Assembly: GCA_022791835.1 (NCBI GenBank)
Contig: JAAVZW010000010.1
Location: forward strand, 1 to 57,709
Direction: 5' to 3'
From: Clostridia bacterium
GTDB taxonomy: Bacteria; Bacillota; Clostridia; TANB77; CAG-508
DNA length: 57,709 nt
Part shown: piece by piece, positions 20,036 through 29,703 of the stretch
Numbering within the stretch: the stretch's first letter is position 1
Layout: every line of letters begins with the position of its first letter
Translations under genes and position numbers: made by a program
The notes under the pieces: generated by a model
Seen by the model: the letters and a program-made list of their open reading frames with translations, nothing else
Databases searched by the model: none
What the model was told of the DNA's origin: nothing

Positions 20036-20671
20036 CTAATAAAGAAGTGTAATTTTACTTCTATCTTGTTTAATAAAATTCTCCTTTTTTAAGTAAGAAA
20101 GCTCACGAGTCATAGAACTTCTATCTACAGAAAGATAATTTGCAAGTTCTGTAATAGAAAAAGGTAGAGTAAAAGTTTTTCCATACTTCTTTGAAAGTAA
20201 CTCAAAATACCCAAGAAGTTTATCACGTGTAGTCCTTCTAGATAGCAAGTCTACTCGTGAGGTAAGGTCCAATATTTTGCTAATAATTAAACTAGGCATA
20301 CTAGCTACTAATTTCTTATGATAACTACAATTTGCCTTACATTTTTCGTTTATATCGTCGTATAGGAAAAATAGCACAGAACATTTTTCTTTAGCTTCTA
20401 CAACAAACTCACTATTTGTATTAATATCATAAAAAATCTCTCCAAAAATAGAATCCTTAGAAAAGCGTTCTGTAACAATTCTATAACCATTAATATCATA
20501 CCTAACCAAATCCGCAGTACCTGATAATAAGATACAAAGCTGATTTCTATTTACAAGATATGTTGTAATAGTCTCGCCTCTATGAAATTCTTTGATTTGA
20601 GTTTTAGAGCAACCTTCAGAAAAACTTTTTACAAACTCTGAAACGTTGAATTTATCAACCATTTTTATCAT
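20036..20671 (-). CDS. Crp/Fnr-family transcriptional regulator
   Basis: cNMP-fold IFGE and C-terminal HTH ELANYLSVDRSSMTRELS. Confidence 0.9.
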   Translation of the reverse strand: MIKMVDKFNVSEFVKSFSEGCSKTQIKEFHRGETITTYLVNRNQLCILLSGTADLVRYDINGYRIVTERFSKDSIFGEIFYDINTNSEFVVEAKEKCSVLFFLYDDINEKCKANCSYHKKLVASMPSLIISKILDLTSRVDLLSRRTTRDKLLGYFELLSKKYGKTFTLPFSITELANYLSVDRSSMTRELSYLKKENFIKQDRSKITLLY

Positions 20672-20705
20672 CTTCTTTCTTTATGACAAAATAATATCAC
20701 ATCTG

Positions 20706-20721
20706 TGTTGCAAATGCAACA
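20706..20721. promoter_or_regulatory. Palindromic operator TGTTGCA-N2-TGCAACA, copy 1
   Basis: TGTTGCAAATGCAACA upstream of the Crp/Fnr gene. Confidence 0.7.
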
Positions 20722-20887
20722 ATAAAATGCAAAAAAATATTGGAGAATATTTAATGAACAGCAATAATATCAAAGCTTACAGAAAATAGTACAAAATTTG
20801 CAAAAATTGCTAACGAATTTGTAATATATTTGTAATATTTTCTAAAGGTGTTCTCTCTGTGGGAGATTACATTTTAGTCAAAAAGAG

Positions 20888-20930
20888 TGTTGCAATTGCA
20901 ACAGATTATTTGAAAAATGATTTATATAAT
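20888..20930 (+). promoter_or_regulatory. Operator copy 2 plus -10 box of the nrdD promoter
   Basis: TGTTGCAATTGCAACA 20888-20903; TATAAT 20925-20930. Confidence 0.7.
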
Positions 20931-20969
20931 AAGCACATAATCGAACAGAGGAAAGGAAAGGGAGAAAGG

Positions 20970-23099
20970 ATGAAAGTAATTAAGAGAGACGGAAGAGCGG
21001 TAGAGTATGAGAGAAATAAAATCGAAGTAGCTATCGAAAAAGCAAATGAAGAAGTAAGAGGAAAGGAAAAAGCAAGTAAAGAAGAAATTAAAAATATAGT
21101 TAACTATATAGAAGATTTAGGTAAAAAAAGAATGCTTGTAGAAGACATACAAGACTTAATAGAAGAACAACTTATGGAAATTGGTAAATACGACCTAGCT
21201 AAAAAATATATAGTATATAGATATACAAGAGCATTGATTAGAAAACAAAATACAACAGATGAATCAATCTTAAGTCTAATCAAAAACTCAAATAAAGATT
21301 TGATGGAAGAAAACTCAAATAAAAATGCAATAATAGCATCAACACAAAGGGATCTTATTGCAGGAGAAGTTTCAAAAGATTTAACAAAGAGAATGCTATT
21401 ACCAGAGAAAATATCAAAAGCACATGATGAGGGAGTTCTACACTTTCATGATGCAGATTACTTCCTACAACCAATACATAACTGTTGTCTAATAAATATA
21501 AGTGATATGCTAGATAATGGAACTGTAATGAATGGAAAAATGATAGAAACACCAAAGAGTTTCCAAGTAGCATGTACAGTAATGACACAAATAATAGCAT
21601 CAGTTGCAAGTAGCCAATATGGTGGACAATCTGTTGATATAAAACATCTAGGAAAATATTTAAGAAAAAGTCGTGAAAAGTTCATAAAACAAATTAAAGA
21701 ACTAGATGGAAGTGACAAATTAACAGAAGAAATGCTAGAAGAACTAGTAGACCAAAGACTACAAGCAGAATTAAGTTCAGGAGTACAAACAATACAATAT
21801 CAAATAAATACACTAATGACAACAAATGGACAATCACCATTTGTAACTCTATTCTTAAACCTTGAAAAAAATGACGAATATATCGAAGAAAATGCAATGA
21901 TAATAGAAGAAATTCTAAAACAAAGATACAAAGGAATAAAGAATGAAAAAGGTGTATATGTAACACCAGCATTTCCAAAATTAGTATATGTTTTAGATGA
22001 ACATAACTGCCTAAAAGGTGGAAAATATGATTATCTTACAAAACTTGCAGTAAAATGTTCTTCAAAAAGGATGTATCCAGATTACATATCAGCTAAAAAG
22101 ATGAGAGAAAATTATGAAGGAAACGTATTCAGCCCAATGGGATGTAGAAGTTTCTTAGCACCATGGAAAGATGAAAATGGAAATTATAAATTTGAAGGAA
22201 GATTCAATCAAGGGGTAGTAAGTATAAACATACCACAAGTTGGAATTATAGCAGGACATGATGAAGAAAAATTTTGGAAATTATTAGATGAAAGACTAGA
22301 ACTATGTAGAGAAGCACTAATGTGTAGACATTATTCACTACTTGGAACATCAGCAGATGTAAGTCCAATTCACTGGAGATATGGTGCAATAGCAAGACTT
22401 GAAAAAGGAGAGAAAATAGACAAACTATTAAAAAATGGCTATTCATCAATATCACTAGGATATATCGGAATATATGAAGCAACAAAAGCAGTAAAAGGAG
22501 TATCACACACAACACCAGAAGGTAGAGAATTTGGACTAAAAATAATGAACCACTTAAAAGACACAGTGGCTAGATGGAAAGATGAAACAGGCCTAGGATT
22601 TGCACTATATGGAACACCAGCAGAAAGTTTATGCTACAGATTCGCAAGAATAGATAAAGAAAGATTTGGAAACATTGATGACATAACAGATAAAGGATAT
22701 TACACAAATTCATATCACGTAGATGTTAGAGAAAAAATAGATGCATTTACAAAACTTAAATTCGAAAGTGATTTCCAAAGACTATCAGGTGGAGGAGCAA
22801 TTTCATATGTGGAAGTTCCAAATATGAGACATAACCTAGATGCACTGGAAGAAGTAGTTAAATTCATATATGATAATATACAATATGCAGAATTTAATAC
22901 AAAATCAGATTATTGTCAAGTATGTGGATTTGATGGAGAAATTACAATAAATGCTCACAATGAATGGGAATGCCCAAATTGTGGTAATAAGGATAAGAGC
23001 AAAATGAATGTAGTAAGACGTACATGTGGATATTTAGGAGAAAACTTTTGGAACGAAGGCAAGACAAAAGAAATCAAATCAAGAGTATTACACCTTTAA
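20970..23099 (+). CDS. nrdD: Anaerobic (class III) ribonucleotide reductase
   Basis: ATP-cone MKVIKRDG, NCC, MGCRS, two CxxC, RTCGYL glycyl-radical motif. Confidence 0.97.
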   Translation: MKVIKRDGRAVEYERNKIEVAIEKANEEVRGKEKASKEEIKNIVNYIEDLGKKRMLVEDIQDLIEEQLMEIGKYDLAKKYIVYRYTRALIRKQNTTDESILSLIKNSNKDLMEENSNKNAIIASTQRDLIAGEVSKDLTKRMLLPEKISKAHDEGVLHFHDADYFLQPIHNCCLINISDMLDNGTVMNGKMIETPKSFQVACTVMTQIIASVASSQYGGQSVDIKHLGKYLRKSREKFIKQIKELDGSDKLTEEMLEELVDQRLQAELSSGVQTIQYQINTLMTTNGQSPFVTLFLNLEKNDEYIEENAMIIEEILKQRYKGIKNEKGVYVTPAFPKLVYVLDEHNCLKGGKYDYLTKLAVKCSSKRMYPDYISAKKMRENYEGNVFSPMGCRSFLAPWKDENGNYKFEGRFNQGVVSINIPQVGIIAGHDEEKFWKLLDERLELCREALMCRHYSLLGTSADVSPIHWRYGAIARLEKGEKIDKLLKNGYSSISLGYIGIYEATKAVKGVSHTTPEGREFGLKIMNHLKDTVARWKDETGLGFALYGTPAESLCYRFARIDKERFGNIDDITDKGYYTNSYHVDVREKIDAFTKLKFESDFQRLSGGGAISYVEVPNMRHNLDALEEVVKFIYDNIQYAEFNTKSDYCQVCGFDGEITINAHNEWECPNCGNKDKSKMNVVRRTCGYLGENFWNEGKTKEIKSRVLHL

Positions 23100-23178
23100 T
23101 ATTTCTACATTTTGCAATATATATAAGGGGCGACTAGCAGTCGCCTACTTGTTTCTATTAAACAAAGAAAGGATGATA

Positions 23179-23712
23179 ATGATGAACTATGCAACAATAA
23201 AAAAATGCGATGTTGCAAATGGACCTGGAGTGAGAGTATCTTTATTTGTAAGTGGATGCTCACACCACTGTAAAGGATGCTTTAATCAAGAAGCATGGGA
23301 CTATAACTATGGAAATAAATTCACGGAAAAAGAAGAAACAGAAGTAATGAATGCCTTAAAACCTGAATATATAGAAGGATTATCACTATTAGGAGGAGAA
23401 CCTTTAGATTTAAAAAACCAAGAAGGATTACTTCCAATAGTAAAAAAAGCAAAAGAACTATACCCAGAAAAACCAATATGGTGCTATACAGGTTATCTAT
23501 TCGACAAACAAGTAATGGGAGAAATGGCACAAACAAATGAGACAACAAATGAGTTACTAAAATACATAGACTATGTAGTAGATGGACAATTTGTAGAAAC
23601 TTTAAAAAATCCATCACTAAAATTTAGAGGCTCATCAAACCAAAGAATAATAGACGTACAAAAAACTTTAGAAAATAAAGAAATAACTCTATGGGATAGA
23701 ATGGACGAGTAA
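23179..23712 (+). CDS. nrdG: Class III RNR activase (radical SAM)
   Basis: NGPGVRVSLFVSGCSHHCKGC, FRGSSNQRIID. Confidence 0.96.
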   Translation: MMNYATIKKCDVANGPGVRVSLFVSGCSHHCKGCFNQEAWDYNYGNKFTEKEETEVMNALKPEYIEGLSLLGGEPLDLKNQEGLLPIVKKAKELYPEKPIWCYTGYLFDKQVMGEMAQTNETTNELLKYIDYVVDGQFVETLKNPSLKFRGSSNQRIIDVQKTLENKEITLWDRMDE

Positions 23713-23777
23713 CTACAAAGGTGAGTATTTAACTGAGAGTTTATGCAGCTTATATGTCAAGAATTACCATTTCAAAC

Positions 23778-23806
23778 TTGACAAACTATGTGAAGTTGTA
23801 TATAAT
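23778..23806 (+). promoter_or_regulatory. Consensus sigma-A promoter
   Basis: TTGACA-17 nt-TATAAT. Confidence 0.8.
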
Positions 23807-23897
23807 ATTTATGTAAAGCAATCAGAAATATTTGTATAAAGCATAATTGCAAAAAACAAAGAAAGAGAGAGTTTGTAATTAGAAAGGAGCAATAATA

Positions 23898-24566
23898 ATG
23901 CCAAATTGGATTAACCTTAGAGAAGTACTACAGCATCCTGAAGTGTATGGCGATATTGCCTGCCGGAATGTTGCATATACACCGCAGAAACAGGTAATCA
24001 TGCATCTTTCAAGAGAAACCGGATACAGTAGAGACCAAAAATTTAGCACAGAACTAAAACATACATATTATCCAGTTTTATACGAAAATAGAGTCTATCT
24101 TGTAGCTGGGGAAACTAATAAAAGGACTTTAAACTTCAGGGGAATAATCGGATATAATAATGCGGTAGAAGTAATAAAACAAAATGCAAAACTCTATTCT
24201 AACTCAGAACTTGGTGCAATAGGTTTAGCATGGACAGAAGACGAAGTGAAGATATTAACAGTAATGCCAAAAGCTTTGGCATTTATCGAGGCTGATTATT
24301 TGATGGCAAGTACATTTAGATATTCAAATTGGCCTAATAATTACTTCCTGTGCATTAAAGTACAATATAAAAACCACGTTGAGAGGTTTCCACTATACTC
24401 TTCTGAGCCACTTGATTATGTACACCCTTATGCAAAAGAAAGACTTAACGAGTCACATCTTTACTGTGGAAATATACGTCCATTAGTTCTTCTATCAACA
24501 GATACTATGGTAGATATGGATGCAGAAAACAATAAGCCTTTGAAACTGAAATTGCCTGACAACTAA
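23898..24566 (+). CDS. Orphan family X protein, paralogue 1
   Basis: PEVYGDI...VAYTP, VYLVA, IRPLVLL..DTMVD motifs shared with 44716 and 46647; in-frame CGG at 23964. Confidence 0.75.
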   Translation: MPNWINLREVLQHPEVYGDIACRNVAYTPQKQVIMHLSRETGYSRDQKFSTELKHTYYPVLYENRVYLVAGETNKRTLNFRGIIGYNNAVEVIKQNAKLYSNSELGAIGLAWTEDEVKILTVMPKALAFIEADYLMASTFRYSNWPNNYFLCIKVQYKNHVERFPLYSSEPLDYVHPYAKERLNESHLYCGNIRPLVLLSTDTMVDMDAENNKPLKLKLPDN

Positions 24567-24607
24567 CAAAACTCACTATTTAGCGAACTTCAGATGAATA
24601 GCTAATA

Positions 24608-24654
24608 AGCGAAATGCCTATAGAATAATTCTATAGGCATTTCGCTGTATTTTT
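24608..24654 (+). terminator. Intrinsic terminator
   Basis: GCGAAATGCCTATAGAA/TTCTATAGGCATTTCGC stem. Confidence 0.8.
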
Positions 24655-24699
24655 GTATAAAATCATCAAAAAAATTCATACTAAATTTGGGTGATAGGT

Positions 24700-24951
24700 A
24701 TGAAAATATCATGGTTAAGAACTAAGGAAGATAATGAAAGTTTTAAATTACTTAAAAACTTAGGTTTTGAAGTATATAATATTGAAGATGTAGAAAAAAC
24801 AGATGAGAAGATAGATGAATTAGTCCAAAATGATTATAAGATAATTATTCTTTCTAATGAAATAGCTTCTTTTTCAGGAGATATTATAACTAAATATGCC
24901 AATCAAGACGATGTGAGTATAGTAATTACACCTACTGACAAGAACTTATGA
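24700..24951 (+). CDS. V/A-type ATPase subunit F-like protein, stand-alone
   Basis: FK.LGFEVY...IDELVQNDYKIIILSNEIA...IVITP pattern and size. Confidence 0.5.
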   Translation: MKISWLRTKEDNESFKLLKNLGFEVYNIEDVEKTDEKIDELVQNDYKIIILSNEIASFSGDIITKYANQDDVSIVITPTDKNL

Positions 24952-25010
24952 TACCTTGTATAAAAAATCTAATATAGGAAATAATTAGAATAAATGGAGG
25001 TACATAAGAT

Positions 25011-25356
25011 ATGAAAATAAGCCAAATGAAAAATATCATAGTTCTAAAAGATTTGCCATCTAATTTAGTAGAAGAAGCAATTGTAATACTTAAAAATGGA
25101 AGTAAAGTAAAGAATAAAGAAATTATTGAGAAGTCTTATAACCCAATAGCATGGCAAGAGCAAGGAGTTAGCTCAGACATAGCTTTAAAAGAAGCAGAAT
25201 ATATCGTTAAAAATTATATGCAAACATTAGAAAAACCAAAAGAAGAAACATCTAGTATCAGAAAAATGAAACTACAATATCAAAAACTTAAATTATGTAC
25301 GATATTCTTAGCATTAACAGCCATTGTACGGAATAATCATAAGTATATTCAAATAG
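25011..25356 (+). CDS. Hypothetical protein with C-terminal TM (about 114 aa), CGG +1 site at 25329
   Basis: LKDLPSNLVEEAIVILK; GTA-CGG-A skip completes TM LALTAIV-G-IIISIFK* directly before a terminator. Confidence 0.7.
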
Positions 25357-25380
25357 AGAAGATTAAACTTCTCTTTTTTT
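25355..25380 (+). terminator. Intrinsic terminator
   Basis: AGAGAAG/CTTCTCT stem plus T-run. Confidence 0.6.
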
Positions 25381-25490
25381 ATTTTCTAGGAAAGTACGCG
25401 CGTAGCGTGTAATTGACGTAGAAAATAATTATGCGAAACTTAGATTTTCTTAGCGAAGGATGAGCTTAGAAAATATTAGTTCCGTTTTTT
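25375..25490 (-). repeat. Dispersed ~115-bp repeat family A, full copy (inverted)
   Basis: TTCTAGGAAAGTACGCGCGTAGCGTGTAATTGACGTAG...TATTAGTTCCGTTTTTT. Confidence 0.9.
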
Positions 25491-25575
25491 ATATTTTAGG
25501 AATTATTAAATCGGTTTTTGTGCTTAAAATTTGTGATAGGACATATAATGTTTTATAAAAACTTAGGAGGAGAGT

Positions 25576-26467
25576 ATGGAAAGAACATTTAGTCCAGAAG
25601 AAAGAATAAGAAGAGCAGAGGAAATTTATGCTAAAAGAAAGAATTTAAGGGAGAGAACGAGAAGAGCAAGTATCAATGTTACAGAAGAGCCAAAAAATTT
25701 TAAGTTATTAAAAAAATTAGCACTACAAATTATAATTTGTGTTATAATTTATTACATATTTTATCTTGTAAATACTACAAGTTATAGCTTTTCGCAAGAA
25801 GCTTTAACTAAAGCAGATGAACTTATTTCGCATGATTTTGATTTTTATAGTGTATATAATAATGTAGTAAAATCTATACAAAATTATCTTTACCCAGAAA
25901 AAGATAGCGAAGAAAATCAAAAAGTAGAAGGACAAAGCGAAGAACCTAAAAATGAAGTGCCAGCAGAAACAGAAGAGGCTCCAGAGCAAACTAGTCAAGA
26001 AGAGATAAATGAAGAAGAGAGTCTAACTCAAAATGAGATAAGTGTAGCTGAAGAAAGTGAGACAGAAAGGATAAAGAATAAGTTTGAATTTATTAAACCA
26101 GCAGAAGGTCCTATTTCATCTGAATATGGGACAAGAGAAGTTACTTCAAGTGTTGTCACTGCTTATCACAAAGGAATTGATATTGCTGTAAATACTGGAA
26201 CACCTGTGTATGCTTCGACAGATGGAGAAGTTGTGATTTCAAGGCTTTCTCCTACTTATGGAAATTATGTTATGATACAAAATGAAGAAATAAAGACAGT
26301 GTATGCTCATTGCAGTGAACTTTTAGTAGGAGTGCGGAGATAAGATAACTAAGGGGCAAGAGATTGCTAAGTCTGGTGCTACTGGGGATGTAACTGGAGC
26401 ACATTTGCATTTCGAAATACGTGTGAATGATAATTGTATTGATCCTAGGACGATAATGGAGTTTTAA
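25576..26467 (+). CDS. M23-family metallopeptidase (about 296 aa), CGG +1 site at 26335
   Basis: HKGIDIA, YAHC; GTG-CGG-A skip restores V-G-DKITKGQ...GAHLHFEIR. Confidence 0.9.
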
Positions 26468-26577
26468 AGCGATTCTCTCAAATGTAGAGAAAATTTTGAA
26501 ATTTTCTAAAATAATCTTGCAATAAATTGGGATTAATAGTACAATGTATATGTAAAAAACGAAAGGAATTTGAACAT

Positions 26578-27051
26578 ATGATAAAGAATATTAATATTAA
26601 AGAAGAAAGAGGTATAACCCTCATAACACTTATTATCACAGTAATTTTACTTGTTATAGTTACTACTATACTTGCTACAAATTCATATACATCTTTGCAA
26701 CTTTCTAATCTTACAAGACTACAAAATGATATAGAAGTATTAGATAGTAGGATTGCTTCTTATTTTATACAAAGTGGAGAGCTTCCTATATATAAATCAG
26801 AATATGCAATATCTAAATCAGAGCTTAGTTCAAAGATTAAGGGAGTTTCAATAAATGATGGAGATACATATTATACAATAGACTTATCTCAGCTTGATAA
26901 TATCACACTAAATTATGGAGAAGGATATAGAGCATTAACAAATGACCGCTATATAATAAATGAAAAAAGCCATGTAATATATTATCTAGAAGGTATAAAG
27001 TATGATGGAGACACTTATCACACAATAGGTGCAAATAAACCTATTACTTAA
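26578..27051 (+). CDS. Type IV prepilin-like protein
   Basis: KEERG|ITLITLIITVILL class III signal peptide. Confidence 0.75.
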   Translation: MIKNINIKEERGITLITLIITVILLVIVTTILATNSYTSLQLSNLTRLQNDIEVLDSRIASYFIQSGELPIYKSEYAISKSELSSKIKGVSINDGDTYYTIDLSQLDNITLNYGEGYRALTNDRYIINEKSHVIYYLEGIKYDGDTYHTIGANKPIT

Positions 27052-27189
27052 TAAAGTTGAAATAAAGTAAAAAAATATCAAATAAGTATTTAAGGTATGG
27101 TCAAATTTAAGAACCATACTTTTTTGAAAATTAAATAAAACTTACAATTTTACTTGCAAAAACACAAAAAACATGATACAATATTAAAC

Positions 27190-27240
27190 AGTCCTTGCTC
27201 ATGCCACGAGTGTATGGGCTATATATCCAGAAGGAGGTGA
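27190..27240 (+). ncRNA. S6:S18 ribosomal protein leader (probable)
   Basis: CCTTGCTCAT...ATGGGC...CCAGAAGGAGG hairpin pairing the RBS, downstream of a TTGCAA/TACAAT promoter. Confidence 0.55.
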
Positions 27241-27245
27241 AGATA

Positions 27246-27533
27246 ATGAATAAATACGAAAGTATAATCATTATTGGTCAAAATGTTGAGGAAGATGGTA
27301 TTAAAGCTTTAATATCAAGATTTACAGATTTGATTAATACTGAAGGTAAAGTTTCTAATGTTAATGAACTAGGTATGAAAAAACTTGCTTATGAAATAGG
27401 CAAAAATAAAGAAGGATACTATATTGAAATTTTATTCGAAGCTAAACCTGAATTAATTACAGAACTTGAAAGAAACTACAGAATTACAGACGAAATAGTT
27501 AAGTTCATAGTAGTTAGAAAAGACGAAAAGTAG
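27246..27533 (+). CDS. rpsF: 30S ribosomal protein S6
   Basis: MNKYE, KKLAYEI, EGYY; rpsF-ssb-rpsR order. Confidence 0.97.
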   Translation: MNKYESIIIIGQNVEEDGIKALISRFTDLINTEGKVSNVNELGMKKLAYEIGKNKEGYYIEILFEAKPELITELERNYRITDEIVKFIVVRKDEK

Positions 27534-27628
27534 TCTTTAAACCTTGGTATTGTTTGTTACAATACTTAAAATAGTTAGACATATAATTTATCGGAGTAAA
27601 ATAAGGTAATCATAAGGAGGAATAATAT

Positions 27629-28057
27629 ATGAACAAAGTAATCTTAATGGGAAGACTTACAAGAGATCCTGAAGTTAGATACACTCAAACAAACAATACA
27701 TTAGTTGCATCTTTTTCACTTGCAGTTAATAGAAGATTTGTAAGACAAGGAGAAGAAAGACAGGCTGATTTTATTAACATTGTTGCATGGGGAAAACAAG
27801 GAGAATTCTGTAGTAAATACTTCAAAAAAGGACAACAAGTTGGAGTAATAGGTAGAATTCAAACAAGAACTTGGGATGATGATAAAGGTCAAAAACATTA
27901 TGTGACAGAAGTCATAGCAGAAGAAGCATATTTTGCAGATAGCAAAAGAGAAGGTGCAGGAGAAAGCACTGGAAACTTTGAAAATACTTTTGGAGCTGAT
28001 GTTGCTGGAGGAAACTCAGAATTTGAACTTACTTCAAATGACGATTTACCATTCTAG
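27629..28057 (+). CDS. ssb: Single-stranded DNA-binding protein
   Basis: MNKVILMGRLTRDPE...DDLPF. Confidence 0.98.
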   Translation: MNKVILMGRLTRDPEVRYTQTNNTLVASFSLAVNRRFVRQGEERQADFINIVAWGKQGEFCSKYFKKGQQVGVIGRIQTRTWDDDKGQKHYVTEVIAEEAYFADSKREGAGESTGNFENTFGADVAGGNSEFELTSNDDLPF

Positions 28058-28120
28058 AGTTTAGAAATTAGAAAATAGAAGTTAGAAGATTATAACTAAA
28101 AAAGATAGGAGGAATTTATA

Positions 28121-28402
28121 ATGGCAGATAGAAAACAAAATAATAGAAGAAACAACAGAAATAATGATGATGATTATAATCCAAAGTTTAGAAAACCTAG
28201 AAGAAAAGTATGCCCATTATGTGCAGACAAAAACTATAACTTAGATTATAAAAATCCAGAACAACTTAAAAAATTCATTAATGACAAAGGCAAAATTTTA
28301 CCAAGAAGAGCAACAGGTGCTTGTGCTAAGCATCAAAGGGATATAACACTAGCTGTAAAAAGATGCAGACATATTGCGATGTTACCTTATACACAAAATT
28401 AA
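28121..28402 (+). CDS. rpsR: 30S ribosomal protein S18
   Basis: [21 protein letters not shown]. Confidence 0.97.
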   Translation: MADRKQNNRRNNRNNDDDYNPKFRKPRRKVCPLCADKNYNLDYKNPEQLKKFINDKGKILPRRATGACAKHQRDITLAVKRCRHIAMLPYTQN

Positions 28403-28428
28403 GTTTGGAGTTAAAAATAAGCATAAAA

Positions 28429-28468
28429 AAAGCCATAGAGGATTTTCTTCTGTGGTTCTATTTTTTTA
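28429..28468. terminator. Bidirectional terminator
   Basis: AGCCATAGAGGA/TCTTCTGTGGTT stem with A and T runs. Confidence 0.65.
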
Positions 28469-28470
28469 TA

Positions 28471-28707
28471 TTAACTTATCTTTTTATCTTCTTTAATTCT
28501 AGGATAAGGAGTTTGCTCATCTGTAAGTCCTAAAATATAATCTGTACTTGTACAAAAGAATTCCGCAAGCTTTCTTAAAGTATCTAAAGGAATATTTATT
28601 TTTTCTAACTCATATTTGCTATAATTTGTTTGGGATATATTTATTATTTTACAAAGTTCTCTTTGCTTTAAGTCTCTATCTTCTCGTAAATCTTTTAATC
28701 TAATCAT
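28471..28707 (-). CDS. Xre-family HTH regulator
   Basis: RLKDLREDRDLKQ...YSKYE...STDYILGLTD. Confidence 0.9.
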   Translation of the reverse strand: MIRLKDLREDRDLKQRELCKIINISQTNYSKYELEKINIPLDTLRKLAEFFCTSTDYILGLTDEQTPYPRIKEDKKIS

Positions 28708-28954
28708 AAATAACCTCCATTTGTATAGATATTGTATAATAGGTAGAAAATATTTTTAGATAATTAGTTAAAATTTGACTGGCATTTTTTATATAGTAGG
28801 AATTTTCACTACGTAAGTAGTGAAAAGCTCCGTACTAGATAATTATGGTGGGTGTTACAATTTCTTAATGATTTTATCATGTAGAAATTGTTAAGTCAGT
28901 TTTATAATAGTTGCATAATTTCACAAATTCTAACAAAAACTAATATAAATAGTA

Positions 28955-28983
28955 TTGACAATCGTAATACAACGTAGTACAAT
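28955..28983 (+). promoter_or_regulatory. Promoter of the TA operon
   Basis: TTGACA-17 nt-TACAAT. Confidence 0.65.
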
Positions 28984-29007
28984 AATATACAGAAGGAGTT
29001 GATATAC

Positions 29008-29229
29008 ATGACTATTTCAGTAAGACTTAATGATGAAGATACAGAATTAATAAAAGCATATGCAGATATAAATAATATTTCTTTATCAGACTTAATAAGA
29101 ACAGCAGTATTAGAGAAAATAGAAAATGAATATGATTTAGAATGTTACCAAAAGGCTATTAAAGAACACAAAAAAAATCCTAAAACATATACACTAAAAC
29201 AAGTAAAAGAGGAGTTGGAACTAGAATGA
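29008..29229 (+). CDS. RelB-like RHH antitoxin
   Basis: MTISVRLN...SLSDLIRTAVLEKIENEYD; overlaps toxin start. Confidence 0.85.
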   Translation: MTISVRLNDEDTELIKAYADINNISLSDLIRTAVLEKIENEYDLECYQKAIKEHKKNPKTYTLKQVKEELELE

Positions 29230-29495
29230 AATATAAAATCATCTTTACAGAGAGAGCAAAAAAGCAACTAAAAAAACTGGACAAACATATATCTGCATTA
29301 ATAATTGGATGGCTTGAAAAAAACATTGAAGGATGCGAAAATCCTAAAATACATGGTAAAGGGCTCGTAGAAAATAGGTCGGGAGAATGGAGATATAGAA
29401 TAGGAAATTATAGAATAATATGTGAAATACAAGAAGAAAAAGTCATTGTACTAGTATTAGATATTGGACATAGAAAGAATATATATGAGTTTTAA
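29226..29495 (+). CDS. relE: RelE/ParE-family toxin
   Basis: AKKQLKKLD, WRYRIGNYRII, IGHRKNIY. Confidence 0.9.
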   Translation: MKYKIIFTERAKKQLKKLDKHISALIIGWLEKNIEGCENPKIHGKGLVENRSGEWRYRIGNYRIICEIQEEKVIVLVLDIGHRKNIYEF

Positions 29496-29703
29496 ACTAA
29501 AATTTTTTTGATACATATATAAAGTTATTATCAAATTATTTACAATCTTATTTACTTTTGAAAATTAAATTATAGATTTCTAATTTCAAAAACTTGGACA
29601 AATAATGTTTCTAATTAAAAAAATTCTGCTTGATTTTTAAAAATAAGTGATATAAAATTATAAAGATGGAAAAAGAAGAAGTAAAAACGGAGGATGAAAT
29701 GTA

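Noticed and set aside
28471-29495. Prophage or integrative element at Xre plus RelBE
   Set aside because: No integrase, att repeat or phage structural genes visible.
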